Assembly (NCBI GenBank): GCA_963841435.1
Contig: CAWJCS010000004.1
Coordinates: forward strand, 32,001-96,000
DNA: 64,000 nt
Origin: an uncultured delta proteobacterium
GTDB taxonomy: Bacteria; Myxococcota_A; Polyangia; Polyangiales; Polyangiaceae
Direction: 5' to 3'
The translations under genes and the position numbers were made by a program. The notes below the pieces were generated by a model. The model saw nothing but the letters and a program-made list of their open reading frames with translations. It had not been told where the DNA came from and did not search any database. Shown here piece by piece: positions 28,979 to 40,042 of the stretch; positions within the stretch are counted from its first letter, which is position 1; each line of letters begins with the position of its first letter.

Positions 28979-30010
28979 ATGCGCCGCTTCGAGCTTCGCT
29001 TCTTCCTACTCGCTTCGAGCCTCGGCCCCTCCGCATTCGCGCAGACGCCGCCGACAGCCGGTTTTCCCGTCGAGCGCGCGGGCAGCGCCGCGCCCCCCGC
29101 AGCGCCCGCGCCCTCGCCGCCGAGCGCGTCGCCCGCGCCGGCAGCGCCGCCGCCGAACGCTCCGCCGGCCCCGGCGTCCCCACCGCCGACTGCAGCGCCT
29201 CCGAGCGCGACGGCGCCTGCGCCCGCCGCGCCCGTCGCACCGAGCGCTGCACCCGCCGCACCGAGCGCCGCACCACCCGCTGCGCCGTCATCGGTTGCAC
29301 CTCCACCTGCTGCGCCCCCGCTCGCTGCGGCTCCACTCGCCGCGGCGCCGACCGCGGGGTCACCCGCTGCCCCCGCACCGGCTGCAAGTGAGGTGCCCGC
29401 CGAAGAACCGTCCGAGTCTGCACACCAGCTGGTCCTCGTCGAGATCCGCTTCGAGGACGAGCCGGGCTGGTCCGTGGGGCTCGAAGGGTTCGTCGGGCTC
29501 GCGTCGCTGTTCGGTACCGATACGCGTGGCGCCTACTCGCTTGCGGGCGGCGCGCTGCGCGGACGCTACCGGTTCATCGAGCTCGGACCGTATTTCGAGG
29601 CGACCGACACGCTCTCGGGGGGCGGGCACTGGAAGAGCTTCGGTGCGTATGCCGGCGCGTATCTGCCCTACCAAAACTGGGTCGATTTCCAGATCGGTGC
29701 TCGCCTCGGCAGCCGGGTCTATTCAGACTCCGACACGCGGTACGGGGTCGATGGCTACAAGCTCGGGGGCGCTGCGCTCGGCTTGGTTCTCGGCGTGTCG
29801 GACCGCGCCAAGAGTGGGCTCTTTGGGGGACGCGTCGGCAGCCAGCTGGTCACGACCTACGACTTGAAGCAGCGGGACCGCGACTGGCGACTCGAATCGG
29901 CGGATCCCGACACGGGCGTCGCGGTGGTCACGACGGGGACCACGCACGTAGGTGGCTTCTCCGCGGCGCTGTTCGTCACCGTGGCGCTCGACGTTGGCGA
30001 AGGCCCCTGA
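28979..30010 (+). CDS. Exported protein with Pro/Ala-rich N-terminus and probable beta-barrel C-terminus
   Basis: Signal peptide ending AFA-Q, ~110 aa P/A/S linker and amphipathic beta-strands. Confidence 0.75.
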   Translation: MRRFELRFFLLASSLGPSAFAQTPPTAGFPVERAGSAAPPAAPAPSPPSASPAPAAPPPNAPPAPASPPPTAAPPSATAPAPAAPVAPSAAPAAPSAAPPAAPSSVAPPPAAPPLAAAPLAAAPTAGSPAAPAPAASEVPAEEPSESAHQLVLVEIRFEDEPGWSVGLEGFVGLASLFGTDTRGAYSLAGGALRGRYRFIELGPYFEATDTLSGGGHWKSFGAYAGAYLPYQNWVDFQIGARLGSRVYSDSDTRYGVDGYKLGGAALGLVLGVSDRAKSGLFGGRVGSQLVTTYDLKQRDRDWRLESADPDTGVAVVTTGTTHVGGFSAALFVTVALDVGEGP

Positions 30011-30045
30011 GTCCCCCGTCGCTCCGTGCTTCGAGACGCCCGCGC

Positions 30046-31152
30046 TCAGGGCGCGATCGTGATGACGAGCTCGTGCGTGCGCGGCTCGGATTGTTCGCTG
30101 AAACGAACGAATTCGGGCTGATTCTGTCCGCTCCACGTCGCCATGTGCAGGCCCACCGCGAAGGGGGCCCCGCGCGCCGCGAAGATGTCGCTCGCGGCGG
30201 TGCCGGAGAGCGGCACATCGACGACCGTGCCGACGTTCGCGCCCGCCAGGCTGAACATCGCGTACACCGTGCCGCTCAGAAGGTCGGCGTAGACGACCTG
30301 GCCGCTCGGACCCATGCCGTCCGACGCCACGGTCGTCACGTTGGAGCTCACGTCGAACACGCCGAGCGCCTCCGACGCGTCGCCGCTCGTGTAGTTCTCG
30401 AGCTCGAGTCGCAGTTTCACGGCCGTGATCGTGCCGGACAGCGGGGGGATCGAGAAGACGAAGTAGCTATTGTAATCGTTTGCCGTCCCGCAGGAGCAGT
30501 TGCCCGTCAGCGTGTTCTTGTTGAAGGCTTCGTGGCGGCCCGTGTTGTCCCACCAACCGCGGTCGATGGCGCCGAGCGTGAGCACGCCGGATTCGCAGTT
30601 GACCCCGCCGAGCCCCGGCGGGCAGGAGCAGCCGAAATCCACGCCGAGGGGGACGCAGGCGCCACCGTTGAGGCAGGGGTTCGGGTCGCAAGGATCTTCC
30701 GGGGCGCCTGCCGCGCCACCCTCTTCGATGATGCCCGCCGCACCGCCCGGCGGCATGCCACCTCGGCCGCCGAAGCGTCCGCCGGCCCCCGCGCCGCCGA
30801 CACCCACGCCGCCGCCGACACCCCGCCCGCCGAAGCCGGTACCCGCCGTCGGGCCTCCGCCCGTGCCTGCCACGGGAAAGCCGCCCGTCGCGCCGACGCC
30901 GCCCGTCGCGCCGACGCCGCCCGTCGTGATGACGGTGCCCCCGACGCCGCCGACGCCGCCCACCATCGAGGCGCCGCCGGTGCCGCCGCTTTGCGGGAAG
31001 CCGCCCGTGGCCCCCGAGCCGGTCGCGCCGCCCGCACCTCCTTCACCCGCCTGGGGCTCCCCGTCGAGCGAAATGGAGCGTCCGCCGCACGCACCGGCCA
31101 GGGCGATCGCGCTGCCGATCCAGGTCAGCCCTCGAGCGTGCGGCACCACCAA
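30046..31152 (-). CDS. Lipoprotein with Gly-rich linker and EGF-like domain
   Basis: Lipobox LAGAC, GGxGG repeats and DPCDPNPCLNGGACV...CSCPPGLGGVNCE. Confidence 0.85.
   Translation of the reverse strand: MVVPHARGLTWIGSAIALAGACGGRSISLDGEPQAGEGGAGGATGSGATGGFPQSGGTGGASMVGGVGGVGGTVITTGGVGATGGVGATGGFPVAGTGGGPTAGTGFGGRGVGGGVGVGGAGAGGRFGGRGGMPPGGAAGIIEEGGAAGAPEDPCDPNPCLNGGACVPLGVDFGCSCPPGLGGVNCESGVLTLGAIDRGWWDNTGRHEAFNKNTLTGNCSCGTANDYNSYFVFSIPPLSGTITAVKLRLELENYTSGDASEALGVFDVSSNVTTVASDGMGPSGQVVYADLLSGTVYAMFSLAGANVGTVVDVPLSGTAASDIFAARGAPFAVGLHMATWSGQNQPEFVRFSEQSEPRTHELVITIAP
30881..30926. repeat. 18-bp coding tandem repeat (about 2.5 copies)
   Basis: CCGCCCGTCGCGCCGACG at 30881 and 30899 and partially at 30917, encoding VGATGG units. 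Confidence 0.8.
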
Positions 31153-31211
31153 GCGAGCTCACTCTTACCCTTCCTTGGGGAGCGGTCAAGCTGCGCGCTT
31201 TCGCCGCCTCG

Positions 31212-34181
31212 TCAAATCGAGTCGCGCCGTTTGAGGATGACGAGAATCGCAACGAAGGTGACGAGCATCATGAAAGCGAGCACGACCGGGGGCAGCCAGG
31301 TCTTCTGGTAGTCGACGAAACCCCAGGCACCGTTGAAGTCGGTGCTCGCGAGCTGCGCCTCCGCACAGTGGAATTTCCCTCCGAACACGAACTGATCGGC
31401 GGCGTTCAGGTCGGGTCGTTTGAGATCGAGCACCCAGGCGGTGTTGGCGGCGACCGCCATGCGCTCCTGGGCGACGAGGCCCTGAAAGCCCCAGCGTGCC
31501 GGCATCAGCATCATCGGGAACTCCAGCATGGAGTTCGTGGTCATGGGCACCATGAGGCCGCCGAGCACCACCTGGGGAATCAGCGCGATGGGCGTGAGCG
31601 CCATGGCGGCTTCGCTGCTCGAGACCAGCGTGCTCAGCAAGAGACCGGTGGCGACCGAGTTCATCGCCACGACGACGAGCGTCAGAAGCTCGATGCCGAA
31701 CGCCTGCAGCCCCCCGTTGTAGCCGAGCGAGAAGAACACGATCGCCAGCAGCACCGAGCACTGGATGAGGCAGAAGAGGCTCAGCAGCAAAAACTTCGAA
31801 AAGACGTAGTTGAAGAGCCTGAGGTTCACCATGCGCTCGCGCTTGTAGATCCCGACCTCGCTCACGATCTCGCGGGCTGCGTTGCTGGTTCCGAACCAGA
31901 CGGCCGCGACGACGAGAAAGAAGATCGAGCCGGCGTTGTCGGGCGTGACGGCCATGTTCTTCAGCAGATCCAAGCCTTGGCCGCCGCCTTGCGACTTGCT
32001 CGAGAGCTCCTGCAGAGCGCCCAGGCACCAGTAAGGAATCGCGTCTTTCTGCCCGCCGAACACCAGCGCGAGCAGGACGCCGATGATTGGCGCCTGCAGC
32101 AGCATGATGGCCGTGCCCCCGACGTCGCGCGCCTTGACCTTGAGGTAGCGCCCGAACAGGAGCCCGAACTGCCCTCGACTCGGTGCACGACCGGGCACGC
32201 CGTGTTGGCTGCCACCCGTGCCGACGGCGCGACGCCCGGCGTACATGCGCTGGAAGATCGGGTTCTCGGGGTTCATGAACTCCGCGTTCCATTCGCGCGC
32301 GGCCTGCATGCGCGCCCGGAAGCGCGGCGTCGACGGATCCTGGGCACGCATGGCCTCGTAGATGGGGCGCTCGCGCTGGTTCAACATGTCGAACATGTCG
32401 CGCGGATTGTCGACGACGCCGGGCTTGCCGAGCCGGTGCAGCATCGAGCCGAAGAACTGATAGCCGTCCGACGGCGGCCCATAGAACATCGTGATGCCGC
32501 CTTGCCCGAGCACGAGCGCGAGGTTGAATTTCTCGAACTCGGCCTTTGCGGGCTGGTGGATCGTGGTGATGATCGTCTTGCCCGTCTGCTTGGCGAGATC
32601 GTGGAGCAGGTTGACGAGCCCCGCCGTGTCGTCGGCGGCGAGCCCGCTCGTCGGCTCGTCGAGGAACATGATCACCGGATCGGTGACGAGCTCCATCGCG
32701 ATGTTGACGCGCTTGCGCTGCCCACCCGAGAGGATCTTCTTTTCGGGGCGGCCGATCTGCAGGTGAGCGACCCCTTCGAGGCCGAGCTGCGCGAGGGTCG
32801 TTTCGACGCGGCGCGCGATTTCCTCTTCGGTGTAGTCGGGGGGGAGGCGGAATTTCGCGCTGTAGCGCACGGCCTCCCAGACCGTGAGCTCTGGGTGCAC
32901 GATGTCGTCCTGCGGGACGTAGCCGATCGAGCCGCGCAGGGCGTCGTAGATGGCGTAGAGATCCTCGCCGTTGATGCGGACCTGACCGGTGGTCGGGGGC
33001 AGGTAACCGTTCAGCGTCAAGAGTAGCGTCGTCTTGCCCGCGCCGCTCGGCCCCATCAGCGCGATGAAGTCGCCCGGCAGCGCCTTGAAGCTCACGTGGT
33101 CGAGCAGCGTCTTGAGCTCGCTCGGGTTGTCCCGGTCCGGCACCTGCGACACGAGGTCCCAGGCTTCGATCTCGTAGAGGGGCCGGCCCGCCCAGTCGGC
33201 CTGGTCCTCGACGATGACCTCGACGCCCCGCCCCGACACCGCAAGGACGAGCGGCATCGGCCCGATGAAGACCTTCTCGCCGTTCTGGACGGGAACGCGC
33301 TGGCCCGGCGCGAGCCGCTGGCCCCGCACGTAGGTGCCGTTCGCGCTCGAGCGATCCTCGAGGAACAGCTGCCCGCCGATGCTGTGCAAGATGGCGTGGT
33401 GGCTCGAGACCTGTGGGTGCGGGATCTTCACGTCGTTGTCCGGCGTGCGCCCGATGGTCTTTTGCGTGGCGCCTCCCCCGCCGAGATCCACCTGGCCGAT
33501 CACCGTTTTGTGGCGCGGTTTGGCGGGACTCTCGGCTGCTGGCGGCTGACCCGCCGGTGCGCTCGAGAACTGTGCGGCGAGGCCCGTCGGCGCTTGCGCC
33601 GCCGCCTGCGCGCCGGGAGCCACTCCCATGGCCTGGCCGAGCTGCAGCACGAGTGCCGCGGGCAGCACGACCGGGCCGAGCGCGACATAGGCCTGCGGTG
33701 CGAGCGGCGTCGGCCGCTCGGGCGTCAGGCGCGCCCGGTCGAGCCAGGTGCCCGAGGTCGAGCCGTGGTCGACCACGGCGAAGGGGTGAAGCTCGAAGCT
33801 CGCGTGGCGTCCCGAAACGTTCGGGTGTTGGACGACGACGTGGCACTGGTCGGGGTCGCGACCGAACACGAGTCGCCCCAGCTGCTTCGGCGCGCGGCCC
33901 ACGCCGAGTAGCATCAGTGCCACGGCGGGGTGCGCGTTCGGGATGGGCGTCTGCCCGACGACGAACTGAGTGCGAAGATCGAACGGTACCGTGGCTCCCG
34001 CGGCGAGGGGAGCACCGTTCGCGAGCGTCGGCCCGGTGCCGAGATCGACGAGCAGCAGCACGCCGCCCCCCTGGTGTACGATGCGAGCGTGCTCCGCCGC
34101 GACGCCGGGCCCGCCCAAGCGGATGTCGGCATGAGGCGCACTCCCGACGACGATGGTCTGCTTGCCGAATCCGGGAACCAT
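31212..34181 (-). CDS. FHA-domain ABC transporter (three FHA + ATPase + ABC-2 permease; Rv1747-like)
   Basis: FHA motifs ([35 protein letters not shown]), [26 protein letters not shown] and a C-terminal TM domain. Confidence 0.93.
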   Translation of the reverse strand: MVPGFGKQTIVVGSAPHADIRLGGPGVAAEHARIVHQGGGVLLLVDLGTGPTLANGAPLAAGATVPFDLRTQFVVGQTPIPNAHPAVALMLLGVGRAPKQLGRLVFGRDPDQCHVVVQHPNVSGRHASFELHPFAVVDHGSTSGTWLDRARLTPERPTPLAPQAYVALGPVVLPAALVLQLGQAMGVAPGAQAAAQAPTGLAAQFSSAPAGQPPAAESPAKPRHKTVIGQVDLGGGGATQKTIGRTPDNDVKIPHPQVSSHHAILHSIGGQLFLEDRSSANGTYVRGQRLAPGQRVPVQNGEKVFIGPMPLVLAVSGRGVEVIVEDQADWAGRPLYEIEAWDLVSQVPDRDNPSELKTLLDHVSFKALPGDFIALMGPSGAGKTTLLLTLNGYLPPTTGQVRINGEDLYAIYDALRGSIGYVPQDDIVHPELTVWEAVRYSAKFRLPPDYTEEEIARRVETTLAQLGLEGVAHLQIGRPEKKILSGGQRKRVNIAMELVTDPVIMFLDEPTSGLAADDTAGLVNLLHDLAKQTGKTIITTIHQPAKAEFEKFNLALVLGQGGITMFYGPPSDGYQFFGSMLHRLGKPGVVDNPRDMFDMLNQRERPIYEAMRAQDPSTPRFRARMQAAREWNAEFMNPENPIFQRMYAGRRAVGTGGSQHGVPGRAPSRGQFGLLFGRYLKVKARDVGGTAIMLLQAPIIGVLLALVFGGQKDAIPYWCLGALQELSSKSQGGGQGLDLLKNMAVTPDNAGSIFFLVVAAVWFGTSNAAREIVSEVGIYKRERMVNLRLFNYVFSKFLLLSLFCLIQCSVLLAIVFFSLGYNGGLQAFGIELLTLVVVAMNSVATGLLLSTLVSSSEAAMALTPIALIPQVVLGGLMVPMTTNSMLEFPMMLMPARWGFQGLVAQERMAVAANTAWVLDLKRPDLNAADQFVFGGKFHCAEAQLASTDFNGAWGFVDYQKTWLPPVVLAFMMLVTFVAILVILKRRDSI

Positions 34182-34258
34182 GCACCGGCTCTAACAGACC
34201 CAAATCCCCGATGGAACCGGACGTGGCGAAGCGGCGCGCCGCGCCTTATCTTGTGAGT

Positions 34259-35491
34259 ATGGGTCAGGCATACATCATCGACGCCGTCCGAACGCCCCGA
34301 GGGCGTGGGAAGGCAGGCAAGGGTGCGCTGAGCGCCATCCACCCGCAGGAGCTCCTCGCGCAGGTGCTCCAGCAGATCGTGCGGCGCAACGACGTGCACG
34401 CCCAGGACATCGAAGACGTCGTGGTCGGCTGCGTCTCCCAGGTGAAGGAGCAGGGCGCGAACCTCGCGCGCAACGCCGTCCTCGCGGCTGGCCTGCCTGA
34501 CGCAGTGACGGGCGTGACGCTGAATCGCTTCTGCGGGTCGGGCCTTCAGGCCTGCAATTTCGCAGCGCTCGGCGTGATGGCCGGGCAGCAGGATCTGGTC
34601 GTGGGAGGCGGCGTGGAGAGCATGTCGCGCGTGCCGATGGGCTCGGACGAAGCGATGATGGATGGTCTCAATCTCGAGCTTCGCAAGAAGGTGTTCCAGG
34701 TACCCCAGGGCATCAGCGCCGATCTCATCGCCACGCTCGACGGCCTGTCTCGTGAAGACGTGGACCGCTTCGCGCTCGAAAGCCAGGCACGCGCCGCTCG
34801 TGCCATCGAGGAGGCGCGTTTTTCGAAAAGCCTGTTCCCCGTGCTCGCGGCCGACGGCACCGTCGCGCTCGATCACGACGAGCACCCACGGGCCGACACG
34901 ACGCTCGAGGGGCTCGGTTCCCTCGACCCCGCCTTCGCCAAGCTCGGCGCGATGCCCGCTGGGCCCGCCGGCGAAACGCTCGACGCACTGGCGCTCGCCC
35001 GCTACCCCGAGGCGAAAGCCATCCGGCACGTGCACCACGCCGGCAACTCGAGCGGCCTCGTCGACGGCGCCGCCGCGGTGCTCTTCGCCTCCGAGGACTA
35101 CGTGAAGAAGAGCGGGCTCAAGCCTCGCGCCCGCGTGCGCTCCGTGGCGACGCTCGGGACGGAACCGGTGATCATGCTCACGGCGCCCGCCCCCGTTTCG
35201 GAGCGTGCTCTCAAGAAGGCGGGGATGAGCGTGAAGGACGTGGACCTTTTCGAGATCAACGAGGCCTTCGCCGCGATTCCGCTCGACACGATGCGAAAGC
35301 TCGAGCTGGACCACGAAAAGGTCAACGTCAACGGTGGGGCCATCGCGCTCGGGCACCCGCTCGGCGCGACCGGGGCCATTCTGCTCGGCACCGCCTTGGA
35401 CGAGCTCGAGCGCCGGGGGCTCGGGACGGCGCTCGTCACCCTGTGCATCGGCGGGGGTATGGGCATCGCCACGATCATCGAGCGGCTCTGA
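34259..35491 (+). CDS. Acetyl-CoA C-acyltransferase (thiolase)
   Basis: [44 protein letters not shown] and LCIGGGMG motifs. Confidence 0.96.
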   Translation: MGQAYIIDAVRTPRGRGKAGKGALSAIHPQELLAQVLQQIVRRNDVHAQDIEDVVVGCVSQVKEQGANLARNAVLAAGLPDAVTGVTLNRFCGSGLQACNFAALGVMAGQQDLVVGGGVESMSRVPMGSDEAMMDGLNLELRKKVFQVPQGISADLIATLDGLSREDVDRFALESQARAARAIEEARFSKSLFPVLAADGTVALDHDEHPRADTTLEGLGSLDPAFAKLGAMPAGPAGETLDALALARYPEAKAIRHVHHAGNSSGLVDGAAAVLFASEDYVKKSGLKPRARVRSVATLGTEPVIMLTAPAPVSERALKKAGMSVKDVDLFEINEAFAAIPLDTMRKLELDHEKVNVNGGAIALGHPLGATGAILLGTALDELERRGLGTALVTLCIGGGMGIATIIERL

Positions 35492-35611
35492 GCGCCCGGC
35501 CGGCCGCCTCGAAAAAAAACAGCACCCGACCTGTTCAACCGGCGGCGGCGCCGTTCGATTACTGCTCGAACGCCGGCCCAATGGGGGTTGGCCTTCCGAA
35601 GGAGAATGGTC

Positions 35612-35968
35612 ATGGAATACGTGCTTTTGATTTACGAAAACGAGGCCGAGGCGAAGGGCATGAGCCCCGAGGCGAAGGGCAAGATGTTTCAGGAGTATGG
35701 CGCCTTCACCGAGAGCATCAAGCAAAGCGGCGCCATGCGCGGCGGACAGCCGCTCGAAAGCGTCAGCACCGCGACGACCGTCCGCGTGAAGGGCGAAAAG
35801 ACGCTGCGCACGGACGGCCCCTTCGCCGAGACGCGCGAGCAACTCGGTGGCTTCTATCACATCGAGGCCAAGGATCTCGACGAGGCGGTGAGCATCGCGG
35901 CGCGTATCCCGGCGTCCCGTTCGGGGTCGATCGAGGTGCGGCCCGTCATGAAGATCCCGGGCATGTGA
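35612..35968 (+). CDS. YciI-like DGPF-domain protein
   Basis: [22 protein letters not shown] and IEVRPV motifs with an AAGGAG SD upstream. Confidence 0.93.
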   Translation: MEYVLLIYENEAEAKGMSPEAKGKMFQEYGAFTESIKQSGAMRGGQPLESVSTATTVRVKGEKTLRTDGPFAETREQLGGFYHIEAKDLDEAVSIAARIPASRSGSIEVRPVMKIPGM

Positions 35969-37251
35969 GCGCCCTGTCGGCGGCCTTGCTCCGCGGCCCG
36001 AGTGCTAGCCTCGGGCCCGTGGACGCGGCCGTCTTCGGTGAGCTTTACCGGCGTGAGTCGGGAGCGATCGTCGCGCGCATGATCCGCGTGCTCGGCGGCG
36101 ACTTCGCGCTCGCGGAAGAGGCCGTCCAGGACGCGTTCGAGGCGGCTCTCGCGCAGTGGCGAAGCGACGGCACGCCGCCCAACCAGCGCGCGTGGCTCCT
36201 GCGCACGGCGCGCAACAAGGCCATCGATCGCCTGCGGCGAGCGCGCTTCGAGGTGCCCGCCGCCGACGAGGCGCTGCTCGACGCGCTGAGCCGCGATCCT
36301 TTCGAGGACGACGCCCCACCCACCGAACAGGATGACCGGCTTCGCCTCATCTTCACCTGCTGCCACCCTGCGCTCGGGCTCGAAGCACAGGTGGCGCTCA
36401 CGCTTCGCACCCTCTGTGGCCTCGGCACCGAGGAGGTGGCGCGCGCGTTTCTCGTCGAGCCGGCGACGATGGCGCAGCGCCTCGTGCGGGCCCAGCGAAA
36501 GATCAAGGTGGCCCGGATTCCGTATGCCGTGCCGGGGCGCGAGGACCTCGACGAGCGGCTCGATGCCGTGATGAGCGTCGTGTACCTGGTCTTCAACGAG
36601 GGCTACGCGGCGACGGCGGGCGACGTCCTCGTTCGGCGCGAGCTCTGCGCCGAGGCCATCCGCATCGGCCGTCTGCTCGAGGCGCTCATGCCCGAGCGTC
36701 CCGAGCCGGCGGCGCTCCTCGCGCTCATGCTGCTGCACGACGCGCGTCGCGACGCGCGCATCGACGCCGCGGGCGAGCTCGTGCTGCTCGACGCTCAGGA
36801 TCGCACGAAGTGGGATCACGCGCAGATCGCCGAGGCGCTGCCGCGCGTGGAGCGGGCGCTTCGCGTGGGGGCGACGCCTTACGCCCTGCAAGCCGCGATT
36901 GCGGCGCTCCACGCGCGCGCGCCGCGTGCCGTCGACACGGATTGGCCCCAGATCGCGGCGCTCTACGCGGCGCTCGAGCGCCTCACGCCGACCGCCGTCG
37001 TGCGGCTGAATGCCGCGGTCGCGCTCGCCATGGCCTGGGGGGTCGAGCGGGGGCTCGAGGCGCTCTCGCGTCTCGAAGCGAGCGGCGAGCTCGGTCAAAA
37101 TCACCTTTACTTCGCGGCGCGCGCCGAGCTCTTGAGCCGTGCAGGTCGCGATGACGAGGCGCGCGGCGACTACGAGCGCGCGCTCGCGCTCGCACGGAGC
37201 GAGCCCGAGCGGCGCTTCCTCGCGAAGAAGCTCGGACGGGCGGCGAGCTGA
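35965..37251 (+). CDS. ECF sigma factor with C-terminal TPR extension (ECF42-type)
   Basis: AEEAVQDAF, WLLRTARNKAIDRLRR, DDRLRLIFTCCHPAL, YLVFNEGY and LDAQDRTKWD, next to a DGPF gene. The start could instead be GTG 36019. Confidence 0.92.
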   Translation: MSALSAALLRGPSASLGPVDAAVFGELYRRESGAIVARMIRVLGGDFALAEEAVQDAFEAALAQWRSDGTPPNQRAWLLRTARNKAIDRLRRARFEVPAADEALLDALSRDPFEDDAPPTEQDDRLRLIFTCCHPALGLEAQVALTLRTLCGLGTEEVARAFLVEPATMAQRLVRAQRKIKVARIPYAVPGREDLDERLDAVMSVVYLVFNEGYAATAGDVLVRRELCAEAIRIGRLLEALMPERPEPAALLALMLLHDARRDARIDAAGELVLLDAQDRTKWDHAQIAEALPRVERALRVGATPYALQAAIAALHARAPRAVDTDWPQIAALYAALERLTPTAVVRLNAAVALAMAWGVERGLEALSRLEASGELGQNHLYFAARAELLSRAGRDDEARGDYERALALARSEPERRFLAKKLGRAAS

Positions 37252-37275
37252 CGGCTCGGCGCCGCCGCCTGCGTT

Positions 37276-37692
37276 TTACGGTGGGCACTCGCTCGTGCCC
37301 ACGTAGTGGAGCCGCAGCGTATCCTCCGCGAGATCCACGACGACGTCGTCCGAGCCGCCGGCTTCGAGGAAGGCGTTCGTGTAGTCGCGGCGCGCGATCT
37401 CGCCGCCGTTGCCGTTCCGGACGATGACCGAGATGCCCTGGTCGCGCGGGACGTACTCGACGGAGTACGGCTGCATTCCGCCCGGTCCGCCACCAGCGAC
37501 GCCGCTCGCCGCCGAGCCCGTGGCCCCCGCGCCCGACAGGATGCAACCGCGACCGACGAGAGTTTCCGTGCCCTGCCGCGTGTAGAATTCCTGGTACGAG
37601 AGGTACGGATCATCGCCACCGCAGCCTGCCGCGAGCGCCCCGAGCAGCCACCACCACGAAGCCCCCGAGCATCTGCTGGCACCACGGCTCAT
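37276..37692 (-). CDS. Hypothetical lipoprotein
   Basis: GAGGTGAGG SD and lipobox LAAGC. Confidence 0.75.
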   Translation of the reverse strand: MSRGASRCSGASWWWLLGALAAGCGGDDPYLSYQEFYTRQGTETLVGRGCILSGAGATGSAASGVAGGGPGGMQPYSVEYVPRDQGISVIVRNGNGGEIARRDYTNAFLEAGGSDDVVVDLAEDTLRLHYVGTSECPP

Positions 37693-37774
37693 GACCTCAC
37701 CTCACGGCCTTGAGTTTCCCCCTCTCGAGCCGGCCTTCAACCTCTTTCCGGCGGGCGGGGGCGTGTGGGTAGAG

Positions 37775-40042
37775 TCAGCCCACGCGGGCGCTGAACTCGA
37801 CCGGGCCGAAGCGAACGATCGAGCCCGTGGGGATCGGCGTCCAGACGCCCGGCGAGAGGCGCGCACCGTTGACCAACGTGCCGTTGTTGCTGTTCTCGTC
37901 GCGGACGAGGAGCTGGCCGTTGTCGAGGCGCACCGTGGCGTGAACGCTGGAGACGCGCGGCTCGTTGAGCACGATGGCGCATTTTTCCGTGTCCCGGCCG
38001 GCGCGCATCTCCTGGCCGGAGAGGATGGTGAACAGTCCGGCCGAGCCCTGGAGCGTGGCGCTCGAGCCGCCGTACGGGCTCGGGGGCGCGTCCTGGGGAG
38101 GAGGCGTCGCGACGCCGAGCGCCGCCGCCTGGCCCGGGGCCCCGTACAAGAACTCGGGGCTCGGAGGCGTGCCGGGTGCTGCTCCGTAGCCGCCACCACC
38201 TGGAGGAGGACCACCGCCGTACCCACCGGGCGGGTTGCCGCCGCCGTAACCGCCGGCAGGACCGCCGCCGCCGTAACCACCGGGCGCACCCCCATAGCCA
38301 CCGGGCGCACCCCCGTAGCCGCCGGGGGGCCCGTAGCCCGGACCCGCCGGGGCCGGCGGCGTCGGACCACCGCGCTTCTTGCCGCCGCCGCGGAGCAGCA
38401 CGACGAGCAAGAGCGCGACGACGACGACGCCGAAGGCGCCACCGAGGATCAGCATGAGGTTGAGCGGCGGCGTCGTGCCCTTGAGCTGGATGATGCTGTC
38501 GGCGGTGACGCCGCTCGTGCGGTGCGCGCGGTTGTCGTAGAGCACGAGCCGCACTACGGCTTGCTCGCCGGAGCCGTGCAGGATCTTGTCCTTGTCGGGC
38601 GCCATGAGCTCCACGTACGTGTCGCTCGCCTCGATCGCCGTGCCCTTCATGCCCATCGCGATGAGCTGCTGCTGGGTCCGCTTGGCTTGCTCGATGTTCG
38701 CGCCCGCGAGCGCTGTCGGTAGCGGCTGCCCCGCCGGCAGGAAGTAGACTTCGGCGCGAGACTTGTCGCCGCCCCAGCAGAAATCGCCGTACACCCGGAA
38801 GCGCCCGCCGGGGTAAACGCCCTCCCGCTTGGCGATTTCCTGCGAATACTGCAGGTTCACGTCGAGCGGCCAGGTCGTCGGGTCGATGCCGATCGGCACG
38901 TCCTTGAACGTGTTGTCGCCGAGCAGCGGCGTGCTCATGTCCTTGAAGAACAGCTTGAAGCTCTGCGTCACGCTCGGGGCGACGCAGGAGACGCGCCACC
39001 TCACGAGGCTCATCTTCGAGAAGCGCTGCCGCACGGTGCCGACGATCGCGGGCGCGCGACTACCCTGACCCTCTTGCACCACCGTGAAGAACCCGCCGAT
39101 GTCGGGGTTCGCGAGGTTCTGCATGAACTCGAGTGAGTTCTGGCGAAACTCGTCGAGCGTCCGGAGCGGGAAGTAGACGCTGATGACGGGGACGGGCGAC
39201 TTCGGCAGCGCCGTGTTGTCCTCGGGGAAGCGGCCGTTGGCGAGATACTGCTGGAGCTGCAAGGCGCCCGGGCCCGTCGTCGCTGGGTCGGCACCGCCGA
39301 AACCGCTCGAGAGCACGACCATCGCCTGGTGCAACGGCACCTTCACGTCCTCGCCGACATTGCCGAGCGAGCCGAAGCCGTCCGTCGCCGCCGACTTGAT
39401 GATCGTGAGCAGCGAGCGGTTGCGGCCGCTGTTCGGGTAGGTCTCCGTGGCGGCGGAGATGAACGCGGCGCCGCTCTTCTGGGCGCCCGCCATCCACTTC
39501 GAGTCGCGCACGACCTGGCGGTCGTTGAAGAACATCAGGTCGACGATGTCGCTCGGTCCGAGGCTCGCTATGAACTGCTGGGCGACGGCCTTCGCGTCCT
39601 CGAACGATTTGGACATGCGCCGGTCGGCGTCGATGAGGATGAGCCAGGCGGTGCCCACACCGGGCTGCTGCTGGCTATCGCCCCACGACGCGTGGCTCAC
39701 GTACTTGGCGGGGAAATCGCTGCCTTCGACCGCCACGGTGAAGATGGCGTTGGACGCCGGGAAAGGGAACGGCGTGTAAAGGGCGAACGGACGCTCGAGC
39801 GCCTGGCTCATGCAGTCGAGCTGGGCGTTGCCCGTCATGCGGGCGCAGGTCGTGGTCGCGTCGCTGATGCGCTTGCTCTGTGCGACCTCGACCACCGTGG
39901 TGAGCACGGGGTTGCCGTTCTGCGACGCGGCGCGCGGGTCGATGCGCAGGATGCGCGCCTGCGGCGCCGCCAGAGCAGCGCCCGCGAGGAGCGAAGCCGC
40001 GAGCCCGGCCGCCAGCGCCTGCAATAGTCGGGAAGCCCGCAT
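37775..40042 (-). CDS. Exported VWA-like protein with TM, Gly/Pro/Tyr linker and C-terminal FHA domain
   Basis: Signal peptide, LILIDAD, a TM segment, GGYGG repeats and FHA AGRD..VSSVHA..SNNGTLVNG. Confidence 0.88.
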   Translation of the reverse strand: MRASRLLQALAAGLAASLLAGAALAAPQARILRIDPRAASQNGNPVLTTVVEVAQSKRISDATTTCARMTGNAQLDCMSQALERPFALYTPFPFPASNAIFTVAVEGSDFPAKYVSHASWGDSQQQPGVGTAWLILIDADRRMSKSFEDAKAVAQQFIASLGPSDIVDLMFFNDRQVVRDSKWMAGAQKSGAAFISAATETYPNSGRNRSLLTIIKSAATDGFGSLGNVGEDVKVPLHQAMVVLSSGFGGADPATTGPGALQLQQYLANGRFPEDNTALPKSPVPVISVYFPLRTLDEFRQNSLEFMQNLANPDIGGFFTVVQEGQGSRAPAIVGTVRQRFSKMSLVRWRVSCVAPSVTQSFKLFFKDMSTPLLGDNTFKDVPIGIDPTTWPLDVNLQYSQEIAKREGVYPGGRFRVYGDFCWGGDKSRAEVYFLPAGQPLPTALAGANIEQAKRTQQQLIAMGMKGTAIEASDTYVELMAPDKDKILHGSGEQAVVRLVLYDNRAHRTSGVTADSIIQLKGTTPPLNLMLILGGAFGVVVVALLLVVLLRGGGKKRGGPTPPAPAGPGYGPPGGYGGAPGGYGGAPGGYGGGGPAGGYGGGNPPGGYGGGPPPGGGGYGAAPGTPPSPEFLYGAPGQAAALGVATPPPQDAPPSPYGGSSATLQGSAGLFTILSGQEMRAGRDTEKCAIVLNEPRVSSVHATVRLDNGQLLVRDENSNNGTLVNGARLSPGVWTPIPTGSIVRFGPVEFSARVG
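38270..38330. repeat. Imperfect 21-bp coding tandem repeat (GGYGGAP)
   Basis: CCACCGGGCGCACCCCC units repeated at 21-bp spacing. Confidence 0.7.

Noticed and set aside
29085-29400. Repeat array or CRISPR-like pattern in GC-rich repetitive DNA
   Set aside because: This is low-complexity Pro/Ala coding sequence with no constant repeat-spacer structure.
31186-34203. Very long alternative-frame and antisense ORFs (e.g. 1005 aa here, 5802-7817, 52830-55121)
   Set aside because: These are shadows of real genes caused by stop-codon scarcity in high-GC DNA.
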